Below, one piece after another: positions 9,406 through 18,473 of a DNA stretch of 64,000 nucleotides (position 1 is the stretch's first letter; every line of letters begins with the position of its first letter). The DNA is taken from positions 41,300-105,299 of the forward strand of contig JBDRMS010000005.1 of assembly GCA_043811915.1 (NCBI GenBank), written 5' to 3'. The translations under genes were made by a program, and so were the position numbers. The notes beneath the pieces are model-generated. The model saw nothing but the letters and a program-made list of their open reading frames with translations, was not told the DNA's origin and did not search any database. Source of the stretch: a bacterium. GTDB lineage: Bacteria > Patescibacteriota > Andersenbacteria > UBA10190.

Positions 9406-9650
9406 CTATACACCCCTTGCCGCTGCCCGACACGGATAACCAAAACCAGCAGCAACTTTCTTTTGGTATAAATTATTCGGTAAGATCCAACTCGTATCGA
9501 ATAGTAGCCTCTGTAATCACCACGCAGCTTTTTGCCCCTGTATGGATCCTCCCCAATAAACACCAACGCCGCGTCAATCCGCCGTTGATGTTTCCTGGGT
9601 ATTTTTTCGAGATCTCTTTTTGCGCTTCTTGTTAACTCTACGCGATGCAT
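9402..9650 (-). CDS. relE: RelE/ParE-family type II toxin
   Basis: MHRVELTRSAKRDLEKI ... RVGSYRIIY ... VIRVGQRQGVY gives the RelE/ParE core. The start is taken at the internal Met (MHRV) instead of the longest ORF. Confidence 0.7.
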   Translation of the reverse strand: MHRVELTRSAKRDLEKIPRKHQRRIDAALVFIGEDPYRGKKLRGDYRGYYSIRVGSYRIIYTKRKLLLVLVIRVGQRQGVYR

Positions 9651-9954
9651 AAACTTCCTTTCCTTTGTCGGCCAGCACATAGCCATGCTCGGCCAGGATG
9701 TCTTCCAAGGAAACTGTTTTCCCTTGCCTTAAATCCTTCTCTGCTTCTTCAACGTCCTTATCTAAATCAGGAAATTGATTCATAACTTCAATAGTCTCCT
9801 GCCAGGATTCAAACTCCTCGGCCGATAGCATAACCACTTTCGCCCGACCCTTCTCGGTCAAAATATAAATAGTCCCTGGTTTTTGCACCTCCTTAGCCAG
9901 GTCGAAAATTCGCTTGCGGGCCTCTGTAAGGGATATGGTATTTCTTGAGTCCAT
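9574..9954 (-). CDS. Phd/YefM-family antitoxin with a Lys/Arg-rich C-terminal tail
   Basis: MDSRNTISLTEARKRIFDLAKEV...YILTEKGRAKVVMLSAEEFESWQETIE is a typical Phd/YefM N-terminus. It lies immediately upstream of relE, with an unusually long overlap of about 77 nt. Confidence 0.55.
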   Translation of the reverse strand: MDSRNTISLTEARKRIFDLAKEVQKPGTIYILTEKGRAKVVMLSAEEFESWQETIEVMNQFPDLDKDVEEAEKDLRQGKTVSLEDILAEHGYVLADKGKEVYASRRVNKKRKKRSRKNTQETSTAD

Positions 9955-9998
9955 AAGATTTTCTTTTAGGATATGTACATTATAACGTACGTTACAAA

Positions 9999-10703
9999 TC
10001 AAAGCAACCCATTCTCCTTAAAACTATACACCCGCGTCTTGCTAAAAATGACATGGTCCAGCAGCTGAATGCCCATTAACTTCCCTGCTTCAACCAGACG
10101 CTTAGTCACCACAATATCCGCCTCGCTTGGGCATGGATCCCCCGACGGGTGATTATGCGCCACCGCGATATGCGTCGCGTTCCGGCGGATAGCCGCGTCA
10201 AACGTCTCTCTGGGGTGCACCAGGTTAGCGTTCACTGTTCCCACCGCTATCCTGTCCACCCCCAACACCCTGTTCCGGTTATCAAACGACACCACAAAAA
10301 AGTTTTCCTTCTTATAATTCCCCACCAGGGGACTAACCACGGCAAAAACATCCTGGGCTGAAGTTACCGCTTTGCTTTTATTCCTATTCTCTTTTCCGCT
10401 CACGTCCTCCTTAACCACCCGCCGCGCTATTTCCAGGCATGCTTTCAATTGCAACGCCTTAGCCGGCCCCAGCCCCGTCACCTCCTGCAACTGTTCCAGT
10501 GAAGCATCTACCACGCCGCGCAAAGACCCGAAGCGGGACAAAAGTTCCTGCGCCAGGTGTATTACCGACTGGCCCGCTACCCCGCGCCCCAGCACCACGG
10601 CCAGCAGCTCCTGCGCCGACACCGCGTCCGGCCCCAATCGCTTAAGCCGCTCCCGCGGCCGCTCCTCCGCCGGCATATCCCTTACCGTAAACGACCCCGC
10701 CAT
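9999..10703 (-). CDS. radC: RadC-family JAB/MPN domain protein
   Basis: Helix-hairpin-helix region (ELLAVVLGRG...LGPAKALQLKA) plus the JAB motif HNHPSGDPCPSEAD. The start is set at MAGSFTVRDMPAEERPRERL. Confidence 0.85.
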   Translation of the reverse strand: MAGSFTVRDMPAEERPRERLKRLGPDAVSAQELLAVVLGRGVAGQSVIHLAQELLSRFGSLRGVVDASLEQLQEVTGLGPAKALQLKACLEIARRVVKEDVSGKENRNKSKAVTSAQDVFAVVSPLVGNYKKENFFVVSFDNRNRVLGVDRIAVGTVNANLVHPRETFDAAIRRNATHIAVAHNHPSGDPCPSEADIVVTKRLVEAGKLMGIQLLDHVIFSKTRVYSFKENGLL

Positions 10704-10806
10704 ATACTCTCTATTGTACCAGCTCCCATAGACGGCGGCACGCCATACTTGCCAAAGCAGGAGTTTTGGATTATCCATAACATTCACGTTAAAGTTTCCT
10801 ATATAT

Positions 10807-11898
10807 ATGAACTTCGCCGTTATTGAATATACTAGCAAGTCAGGGCAGGTCTGGCGACACAGACCCGGTCAGCCTAATTACTTGCAAGACCCGGCCAAAG
10901 TGATTGATCCTACCAGCTTTGGCTGCTACGTTTCGGCCCTGGCCGGAGAGCATATACCTCTTACAAAGCTGATCGGAACCGGCAGCTTGCTCAAAAGAAT
11001 CATTAAGAAATTGACCGGCTCCTGGCCGCAAAATTACTCACTCGAATATTTAAGAAAGTTCGATTGTCTCATAGTTGTCCACCAAATCAGCAACGCCCAC
11101 GAGGTCACCGCCTTTGTTGAGCGTCTGAAGCGGGAACTGCCCCGCCTCTTTATTTTCGGTGTGCCCACCCAGCCTTATGGCATATTAAAACCGCACCTGG
11201 AAAAGAACGACCGGGCCAGGCATAACTTTGTGGAATACATGAACGCCTGCGACGTCTTTCTCACGGTAGTAAAAGACACAAAATCGTGGTATGAATCTTT
11301 GACGACTACGCCGGTAGAATATTTACCCCAGATATATCCTGCCCACTTCGCTGCTAAATTTTTCAAAGCCCAACAACAAAAAGATAAAGTACTGTTCGTC
11401 GCTGGCGTAACCTCCCGCCCCGAAATTATAAGAGGACTTAGAGTAGCCCGAGCCTTACAAAAAGAATTTCCCGATTATATTATCCAGGTTACCCGGATTC
11501 CCGGCATCGACATGAACCTTTCAGAATTGGCCGGCGCGAATTATGAAGTTTTGCCCTTCCAGCAGTGGCGTCAGCATTTACCCGAGCTGGCTAAAAAGAT
11601 GCTCGTTATTAATACCGACTACACTTTAACCCGCGGCCGTGTGCAGGTGGACTGTGCCGCCGTCGGCACTCCCAGCCTGGGCGCCAACTCCGACGGGCAA
11701 ACCGACTTATATCCACTTCTTGCCTCAAGACCAGAAACATCAGTCGAAGAGCTTGTTAGTTTGGGACAAAAACTACTCACCGACGAAACTTACTATCAGC
11801 AAACAGTCCAAACAGCCCAGCACAAACTGCAAAAATACGATTACGAAGAATCAGCCGTCCGCCTTCAACTATTAGTCAAGTCATATAGAAAAATATGA
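10807..11898 (+). CDS. putative glycosyltransferase (GT-B-like), first gene of the glycan locus
   Basis: 363 aa. The call rests only on its position heading a run of GT genes and on a Rossmann-like second half; no diagnostic motif was found. Confidence 0.3.
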   Translation: MNFAVIEYTSKSGQVWRHRPGQPNYLQDPAKVIDPTSFGCYVSALAGEHIPLTKLIGTGSLLKRIIKKLTGSWPQNYSLEYLRKFDCLIVVHQISNAHEVTAFVERLKRELPRLFIFGVPTQPYGILKPHLEKNDRARHNFVEYMNACDVFLTVVKDTKSWYESLTTTPVEYLPQIYPAHFAAKFFKAQQQKDKVLFVAGVTSRPEIIRGLRVARALQKEFPDYIIQVTRIPGIDMNLSELAGANYEVLPFQQWRQHLPELAKKMLVINTDYTLTRGRVQVDCAAVGTPSLGANSDGQTDLYPLLASRPETSVEELVSLGQKLLTDETYYQQTVQTAQHKLQKYDYEESAVRLQLLVKSYRKI

Positions 11899-12914
11899 AG
11901 CGCTTTCTCATTAGACACCTGGGAAATATGGGAGATATGGTCTTCTTTATCCCCCCCGTGCTGGCCACATTAAAAAAACACTACCCCGGCTGCCATATAA
12001 CTTTTGTCACTGTCTGGGGTTTCAAAGATAAAAAAGGGCAGTGGGGGAAAAGAGACCAGGGTGGCTTCTCCATCCACCTCATAATGACCAACCCTCATCT
12101 TGATCAACTCGTTCACTACCACGACACCAAGCTGTCACTGGATGGCAAAATATGCCGCGAGGATGGTCAAAGTTTTCCCACCTGGAACAAAAAATACTAT
12201 GACCAACAAAAAAACTCTGGCCGGTATGATCAGGTTTTCGAGCTGGATTTTGGCTTGAAGGTTGACGATAATCCTATTCAGCGCATGTATGAAACTATTG
12301 GCTTGCCTAATGAGACCCTCACTGATTATAAAATTTACTTTACGGACCGGGACCTGGCAGCAGCCCAGGCCGTTATTGATGACGCCCCTCGCCCGCGCAT
12401 AGTCCTCCTCGAAGGACTGGCCAGTACCACCACCCGCGGATGGGATCCCGGAAAAATACCAGCTCTCGAGCAAGCCATCAAAGAAGTATATCAGGTTGAT
12501 CCTATCTGGTTCGGCGGCAACTATATTCCGGATTACCAGGGGCGTTCTCTTTCTTTACGTGAAAACATTGCCACTTTGTCTTATTGTGATGCTGGCATCG
12601 GGGTTATGTCAGGCCCCATCCATTTTGCTGCCGCCGCCGACCTCCCCACCCTCACTTTATATTGCGACCACCCCATACATCGTGCTGCACCCGCCTATTT
12701 TCTCGGGAAAAAACACCGCACTTTACTCGGTCCTTCCACCCGGCCCTACCAGTTGCTTAAGAACGAGCAGCCAGCCATTGCCCTAACGCCCGCCGAGATC
12801 TCGCGTCAGCAATTCAAAAGTTGGAATCAGCCTGGTCGCCAGACCACCAAAACATGTCTGTCAGTAATTACCGTAGACGAAATCATGCTAGTCTTAAAAG
12901 AAATGTTATCGTAA
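11895..12914 (+). CDS. GT9 heptosyltransferase-family glycosyltransferase
   Basis: The N-terminus LIRHLGNMGDMVFFIPPVLATLKKHYPGCHITFVT matches the RfaF/WaaC-type motif (I-x-x-S-x-x-GD-x-x-x-x-P-x-x-x-x-LK-x-x-YP-x-A-x-I). The C-terminal segment is DAGIGVMSGPIHFAAA. Confidence 0.7.
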   Translation: MKRFLIRHLGNMGDMVFFIPPVLATLKKHYPGCHITFVTVWGFKDKKGQWGKRDQGGFSIHLIMTNPHLDQLVHYHDTKLSLDGKICREDGQSFPTWNKKYYDQQKNSGRYDQVFELDFGLKVDDNPIQRMYETIGLPNETLTDYKIYFTDRDLAAAQAVIDDAPRPRIVLLEGLASTTTRGWDPGKIPALEQAIKEVYQVDPIWFGGNYIPDYQGRSLSLRENIATLSYCDAGIGVMSGPIHFAAAADLPTLTLYCDHPIHRAAPAYFLGKKHRTLLGPSTRPYQLLKNEQPAIALTPAEISRQQFKSWNQPGRQTTKTCLSVITVDEIMLVLKEMLS

Positions 12915-12916
12915 TT

Positions 12917-13621
12917 ATGAATTCTCCCTGGGTAGTCATTCCCACTTACAATGAAAAAGGCAATATCGAACGCATGATTTCTTCCCTTTTCAGCCAAGGG
13001 GTCAACAATCTGTCGGTCCTTATTGTCGACGATAATTCCCCCGACGGAACAGGTGGCATAGTTCGTCGCCTGCAAGCAAGCTATCCCAACCTCCATCTGG
13101 AAATTCGGGCTAAGAAATCCGGTCTGGGGCGAGCTTATATTCACGGCTTCCGCTATGCGCTTGATCACGATGCTACTAATGTAGTCCAAATGGACGCCGA
13201 TTTCTCTCATGATCCCAAGGATGTTCCCCGCTTATTACAACAATTAGACCAATATGACGTTGTCATTGGCTCCCGTTACTCCCACGGCATCAGTGTTATC
13301 AACTGGCCCTTAAGCCGCTTACTATTAAGTACCGCCGCCAACTATTACGCCCGTCTGGTTACCGGCCTGCCGTACAAAGATGTCACCGGTGGTTTCCGTG
13401 CCTGGCGTGCCTCCTCCCTTGCCGCTATAAAACCGGAAAAGGTCAAGGCCGACGGCTATGGTTTTCAGATTGTTATGACCCACCGCGCCTGGCGACTAAA
13501 GCTTTCTTTTTCAGAAATCCCCATCATTTTTACCGAACGCCGTGAGGGTCAATCTAAAATGAGTAAATCCATAATGTGGGAAGCATTTTGGTTAGTATGG
13601 AAACTAAGACTTTTTGGTTAG
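12917..13621 (+). CDS. GT2 polyprenyl-phosphate glycosyltransferase (DPM1/CsbB/GtrB-like)
   Basis: WVVIPTYNEKGNIERMI ... LIVDDNSPDGT ... QMDADFSHDP ... VIGSRY is the canonical dolichyl/undecaprenyl-phosphate sugar synthase pattern. The start is at the internal Met right after the upstream stop. Confidence 0.85.
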   Translation: MNSPWVVIPTYNEKGNIERMISSLFSQGVNNLSVLIVDDNSPDGTGGIVRRLQASYPNLHLEIRAKKSGLGRAYIHGFRYALDHDATNVVQMDADFSHDPKDVPRLLQQLDQYDVVIGSRYSHGISVINWPLSRLLLSTAANYYARLVTGLPYKDVTGGFRAWRASSLAAIKPEKVKADGYGFQIVMTHRAWRLKLSFSEIPIIFTERREGQSKMSKSIMWEAFWLVWKLRLFG

Positions 13622-15774
13622 GACTCCTAGTACTTGTCCTCGTCTTTACATTCTATCCCCTTTGGCAGGGTAAATTTTATGCCGTCGGCGATATGCGCGA
13701 CGTCTTCATCCCTCTGGAAACTTTCTTTCGTCAGGAAATGCTTGCCTTTCGTCTTCCCTCCTGGAATCCGGACATCGCCTGGGGTTTTCCTGTTATTGCC
13801 TCCGCCCAAATTGGCTTTTTCTACCCACCCTTGCTTCTTCTTCGCCTTTTTCCTCCCTGGTTGTACATTCCTCTTATCCTGCTAGGTCACTTGGCTGCTT
13901 TGGCCATTGGCACATTTTTCTTCTTTCGTGCCCTTAAAATTACTCACGCGGGCTCTTATTTTGGCAGCATAAACTACACTCTGGGCAGCTTTATAATTCA
14001 GCATCTTTCTCACCTCAACATAATCATTACCACTGCCTGGCTCCCCTGGCAGCTTCTTGCTGTCCACAAAATAACTGCCAGGCCCAGGCTTGCTATCAGA
14101 CAGATTATTATACTGTCCCTCGTATTCGGGCTTCCTTTCCTGGCCGGGCAATTACAAATACCGGCCATGATGGCTATCGTATCCGCCGCTTACTTCTTTT
14201 ATCTTCGTTTTCAACAGCGCAAAAATATTTTTCGTCCCGTCCTTCTCCTGCTGTTGATTGCGGCGCTTTCCTTTCTTATTGCTGCCGCTCAACTTCTGCC
14301 CACTCTTGAGCTAATCACGCAGTCCTCTCGTGGACCCTCTGGCGACTTTGATATCCAGCAAGCCAACCAATATAGTTTTCCTCTTTATCACCTCCCCACG
14401 TTGATCTGGCCGCGTTTTTATGGGAATGACAGCACTTATTGGGGCGCCCGTCTGCAAGTCGAACAAGGCATATTTATCGGGTCAATCCCCCTAATACTTG
14501 CCCTATGGTTTATTGTTACAAGAATTAGCCGGCATATAAATCGATTCTGGCTTTTTCTTCTAATCATTTCTTTTTTTCTCGCCCTAGGCTCCCTTTCCCC
14601 ATTCAGACTTCTCGGCCTTGAGCCTTCCTTGTGGGTTTTTTCCGCCCCCGCCCGGTGGCTACTCTTCACAACCTTTTCTCTGTCCTTGTTTGCAGCTCGG
14701 GGGCTCGACCTGGCGCCAAAACACACGTGCTCGCTTAGACGTTTTGCTTTTTTTGGCGCCATTATTATTACTGCCATTGCCTTAATCGGCACGCTTGTCT
14801 TATTCACTGCCGACGACTCGCTTCTTAAAAATCTGGCCGCTAATGCCTTTTGGGGTAATCTTAATCGCCTCCCGGACTACTATACAGAGAAACTCAACAG
14901 TCTTATTAACAGCGCCCGCTCCAGTTCCTTTTCCCTGGCCGCGCCGGCTGCCGCTCTCCCCGTAATATTTTTAAGTGCTCTCCCCTTTATTCTTACCAGA
15001 CGACGCTGTTTGCCCGTTATACTTGCTATCACTACTGTCGAACTTGTCATTATCGCTGCCACAACCATCCCCGCCACCAGTTGGAATAATATACTTACAC
15101 CGCCCGATACCATCGCCGCTCTTCCCGCTGTCGTACTGGAAAAACAGGCTCGCATTTTTTCTTTCCGCCCGCCCGGCGACACCGGGCAATATTTCAGCAA
15201 CCCGGAAACCAGGCCCGACGCTAAAACGCGTGCCCAGCTCCGAACATTGCTTACGCCGCTAAGCCATGCCATCTATCACCTTCCCGGTATTGAGTGGCCG
15301 GCTTCTCTTCACCTGGCCTATCATGCTGACGTGCTTGATAGCATCCGCAGTTCTGACAGCCAGTGGCTTAAAGACGTAAACCGCGCTGAGCAATTGAACA
15401 TTGGCGCCGTACTCGTGCCCGCAAATGATGGCGTTAGCATCTACCAACTGTCCCCTGCCCCCCGCGCTTCCACCCAAGGCGCCAGTACATATCAGACCAT
15501 CAGTCCTACGCACACCAGGATATCAGTGGATGTGCCCGCCGACGCCGCTCTGACCATTCGCGACAGTTACTACCCTGGCTGGCGCGCCTATATAGACGAC
15601 GTCCGTACCCCTATCGCCCAAGCCGACGCAATCTTTCGTCAGTTAGCCATCCCTGCCGGCCGCCACCAGGTTGACATGTACTATCGCCCCCTGGCCCTGT
15701 ACCTCGGTCTGGTTTTATCGGCCCTGACTATTACCTTTTCCGCTGTGGTTATATTAAAGTCAGAACGAATATGA
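13597..15774 (+). CDS. YfhO-like GT-C-type polytopic membrane glycosyltransferase
   Basis: About 725 aa with roughly 12-14 N-terminal TM helices, a large C-terminal extracytoplasmic domain and a final TM helix. It lies directly downstream of a CsbB-like GT2, which is the classic CsbB-YfhO arrangement. Confidence 0.55.
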   Translation: METKTFWLGLLVLVLVFTFYPLWQGKFYAVGDMRDVFIPLETFFRQEMLAFRLPSWNPDIAWGFPVIASAQIGFFYPPLLLLRLFPPWLYIPLILLGHLAALAIGTFFFFRALKITHAGSYFGSINYTLGSFIIQHLSHLNIIITTAWLPWQLLAVHKITARPRLAIRQIIILSLVFGLPFLAGQLQIPAMMAIVSAAYFFYLRFQQRKNIFRPVLLLLLIAALSFLIAAAQLLPTLELITQSSRGPSGDFDIQQANQYSFPLYHLPTLIWPRFYGNDSTYWGARLQVEQGIFIGSIPLILALWFIVTRISRHINRFWLFLLIISFFLALGSLSPFRLLGLEPSLWVFSAPARWLLFTTFSLSLFAARGLDLAPKHTCSLRRFAFFGAIIITAIALIGTLVLFTADDSLLKNLAANAFWGNLNRLPDYYTEKLNSLINSARSSSFSLAAPAAALPVIFLSALPFILTRRRCLPVILAITTVELVIIAATTIPATSWNNILTPPDTIAALPAVVLEKQARIFSFRPPGDTGQYFSNPETRPDAKTRAQLRTLLTPLSHAIYHLPGIEWPASLHLAYHADVLDSIRSSDSQWLKDVNRAEQLNIGAVLVPANDGVSIYQLSPAPRASTQGASTYQTISPTHTRISVDVPADAALTIRDSYYPGWRAYIDDVRTPIAQADAIFRQLAIPAGRHQVDMYYRPLALYLGLVLSALTITFSAVVILKSERI

Positions 15775-16958
15775 AGCTGCTTTTTTCCGCCTTCACCGGC
15801 TATAACTTAAGAGAACTACTGCTGCCGCTTACTCCCCTCATTAACCAGGACAAGAATATCAATGAAGTTATCGTTGTCAGTCCGGCCGCTCCCTACCGCG
15901 ATCAGCTGTTCGCTTATCTCCCCGCTAAATACAGGTTTTTAACCGATCAACCCGGCGTTAGCGGCTACAAAAAATTATTATCTGACCACCAACCAGATTG
16001 CGTCGTTACCCCAACTCCCGGCCTGGAAGAAAAAGACATTCCTCTACTGCAAGCAGCCAGGCAAATCGGCATCCCCACCGTTACTTTCATAGCCAGCTGG
16101 GACAATGTATATAAATTAGCCAGGCGCATAAAAATTAGAAAATATAAACAACAATACGCCGTTGCTGATCACTTTGCTGTCTGGAACGCCATGAATAAGA
16201 AACATCTTCTTAACATCGTCCCGCGCCTCGCGCCACAGCAGATAACAGTCACCGGTGCCCCCCGCCTCGACTTCCTGTCCGACCCGGTCAAAATTCCCAG
16301 TCGGGAAACTTTGCTGCAGCGTCTGAAAATTCCTGATGACGGGAAAAAGTTAATCCATGTAGCTTCCACGGAACTATATCCCAGCGACTACATCATCAAA
16401 GCCATCGCTGACCGTGGCGACTGTCACATTCTGTTGTCAGTCCACCCGGGAGGAAATATTACCTTCCACCGCCGTTATGCGGAGCCCTACCGCGCTTTCG
16501 TTCGCTATTCATTTGGCCGCCGCCGGCATTCCCCTGTGCCGGAGTTTACTTATAACCCCACCCTGGATGATCTTCGCCTGCACGCTGCCCTATTTCTTCA
16601 TAGTGATCTCCTTATTAATCATTCTTCCACCGTTACCATTGAATCTTTGCTGGCTGACACACCTGTTATTAATGTCAAATATGGCAAACCCCTGGACTGG
16701 TGGCGCTGGCACCGCTCTATGGTTTACCGGGATTTCAATCAGCACGCCAGAATTATTATCGATTCCGGCGCCACCGCCGTTGTCCATTCTCGCCGCGAGC
16801 TCATTAATGCCGTAGCCGCCAATCTGCAGGATCCGGCCATGCATCAAGCTGCCCGCCGCGCCCTGGCTATCAAAATGGTCACCATTACCGACGGCACCGC
16901 CGGCCGGAGACTACTTGACCTCATCAAAAATGTTGCCGACTATAAAGGTACACCATGA
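15771..16958 (+). CDS. putative GT-B-fold transferase (TagB/TagF- or capsule-biosynthesis-like)
   Basis: 395 aa with a two-Rossmann-like layout and a His-rich segment HILLSVHPGGNITFH. The assignment is tentative. Confidence 0.3.
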   Translation: MKLLFSAFTGYNLRELLLPLTPLINQDKNINEVIVVSPAAPYRDQLFAYLPAKYRFLTDQPGVSGYKKLLSDHQPDCVVTPTPGLEEKDIPLLQAARQIGIPTVTFIASWDNVYKLARRIKIRKYKQQYAVADHFAVWNAMNKKHLLNIVPRLAPQQITVTGAPRLDFLSDPVKIPSRETLLQRLKIPDDGKKLIHVASTELYPSDYIIKAIADRGDCHILLSVHPGGNITFHRRYAEPYRAFVRYSFGRRRHSPVPEFTYNPTLDDLRLHAALFLHSDLLINHSSTVTIESLLADTPVINVKYGKPLDWWRWHRSMVYRDFNQHARIIIDSGATAVVHSRRELINAVAANLQDPAMHQAARRALAIKMVTITDGTAGRRLLDLIKNVADYKGTP

Positions 16959-17821
16959 CTTTCCATTGCATTGCCTTCCCCGTTCAGATACAAACCGTCA
17001 ACTTTTTAAGAGCTGCCTGTATTAAGCGTAAAATTGATTTTAATTTAATCAATCCCGCGGCAGTTGATTACACCAATACCAGCAACATCCCGATGGCCGG
17101 TGATATCCTTTATCGTGCACCCACCGTACAATCTAACAGTAAAGATGCCGGGGTTGTTGAAGGATTTCTGCTCCACGACCAGGTTACAACTTTCTATCAC
17201 TCATATCAGCGTGCTCTCTGTCGCTTCGTCAGCTCTTTTGTAGTTCACCAGAAAGCCAATCTGCCCATTCCCAAAACCATTCCCCGCCTTAGTTGCAACC
17301 GGAAACTGCTCAAAAAATATGTCGACTATGTCGGCGGTTTTCCCGTCATTATCAAAGCCACCGGCGGCAGCCACGGCATCGGCGTTATGAAAGTAGACTC
17401 TATGGAGTCACTTTTTTCCATTGTCGACTATCTGCACCAGAGTCACCAGCACATAATTATGCGGCAATTTATTGATGTCGCAACATCCGCCCGCCTCATT
17501 GTTCTAGGCAACCAGATAGTCTCCAGCATAGAATATGCCGCTCCCGACGATGACTTTCGCTCCAATGTGGGAATTTTTCCTATCGTGAAAGCCAAGGAAT
17601 TCCCTCCGGAAATTCAAAAACTGGCCATCGAAGCCACGCAGCTATTAGGTGTTGATTTTGGTGGCGTCGACATTTTAATCGACAATGAAAGTAAGCCCTT
17701 CATCACCGAAGTCAACTTTCCCTGTAACTTCGCCCGCGCCCAAAAAACTACCGGCATTGATATTGCCGGTCTGATGGTTGACTTTCTTGTTCAGAAATCT
17801 AAACGGTCGACTGGTGACTAA
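16955..17821 (+). CDS. ATP-grasp domain ligase (RimK-like)
   Basis: The ATP-grasp motifs are VIIKATGGSHGIGVMKV, LIVLGNQIVSSIEY and GVDFGGVDIL...ITEVNFPCNF. Confidence 0.7.
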   Translation: MTFHCIAFPVQIQTVNFLRAACIKRKIDFNLINPAAVDYTNTSNIPMAGDILYRAPTVQSNSKDAGVVEGFLLHDQVTTFYHSYQRALCRFVSSFVVHQKANLPIPKTIPRLSCNRKLLKKYVDYVGGFPVIIKATGGSHGIGVMKVDSMESLFSIVDYLHQSHQHIIMRQFIDVATSARLIVLGNQIVSSIEYAAPDDDFRSNVGIFPIVKAKEFPPEIQKLAIEATQLLGVDFGGVDILIDNESKPFITEVNFPCNFARAQKTTGIDIAGLMVDFLVQKSKRSTGD

Positions 17822-18473
17822 ACGAGGTGTTGTAACATTTGTTTTTGACGACGGCTATGAACGTGTTTACCAAAACGCCCTACCCCTGCTTAATAAATAC
17901 AACATGCCGGCTGTATTCGCCGTTTCTCTTGATGCCCCCAAATTAACCAGGGGAAAAGAGTTCAGAAAAATAAGGCCCTGGCAGGGCTGGCTGCCCCTTC
18001 GTCACCAGGGTCACGAAATAGCCTCCCACACCGTCACTCATCCCGACTTGACTAAAATCGATGCCGCCCGGCTTGACCATGAGCTGCAACAATCAGCCCG
18101 GTTACTCAATACCACTACTCTCGTTTATCCAGGCGGTGCATTTAATGATGATGTAGTGCGAGCAGCCAGCAAATATTACACTGCCGCCCGCACTATCAAA
18201 AAAGGGCTGGAATCCCTGCCGCCCCGGGATGCTCTACGCCTCAAGGTTAAGAAAAACTATTCACGTAACAACTTCTCCGTTTTAAAAGCTAATCTTCGTG
18301 TCTTATGGGCTTATCTCACCAATTCCTGGATCATCGAAACCTTCCACATGATCGACGATGATGATCAACAGATGGTACACACTGTTAAAACAAGCGATTT
18401 CTCTAATCACCTAGCTTTTGTCAGCCGTCTTCCCATTCAAGTTAAAACCATCTGCGACTGTCTCGGGAAATAA
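17778..18473 (+). CDS. polysaccharide deacetylase (CE4/NodB homology domain)
   Basis: The NodB motifs are TFVFDDGY, HTVTHPDL and LVYPGG. The 5' end overlaps the preceding gene, so the true start may be a non-ATG codon. Confidence 0.7.
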   Translation: MTFLFRNLNGRLVTKRGVVTFVFDDGYERVYQNALPLLNKYNMPAVFAVSLDAPKLTRGKEFRKIRPWQGWLPLRHQGHEIASHTVTHPDLTKIDAARLDHELQQSARLLNTTTLVYPGGAFNDDVVRAASKYYTAARTIKKGLESLPPRDALRLKVKKNYSRNNFSVLKANLRVLWAYLTNSWIIETFHMIDDDDQQMVHTVKTSDFSNHLAFVSRLPIQVKTICDCLGK

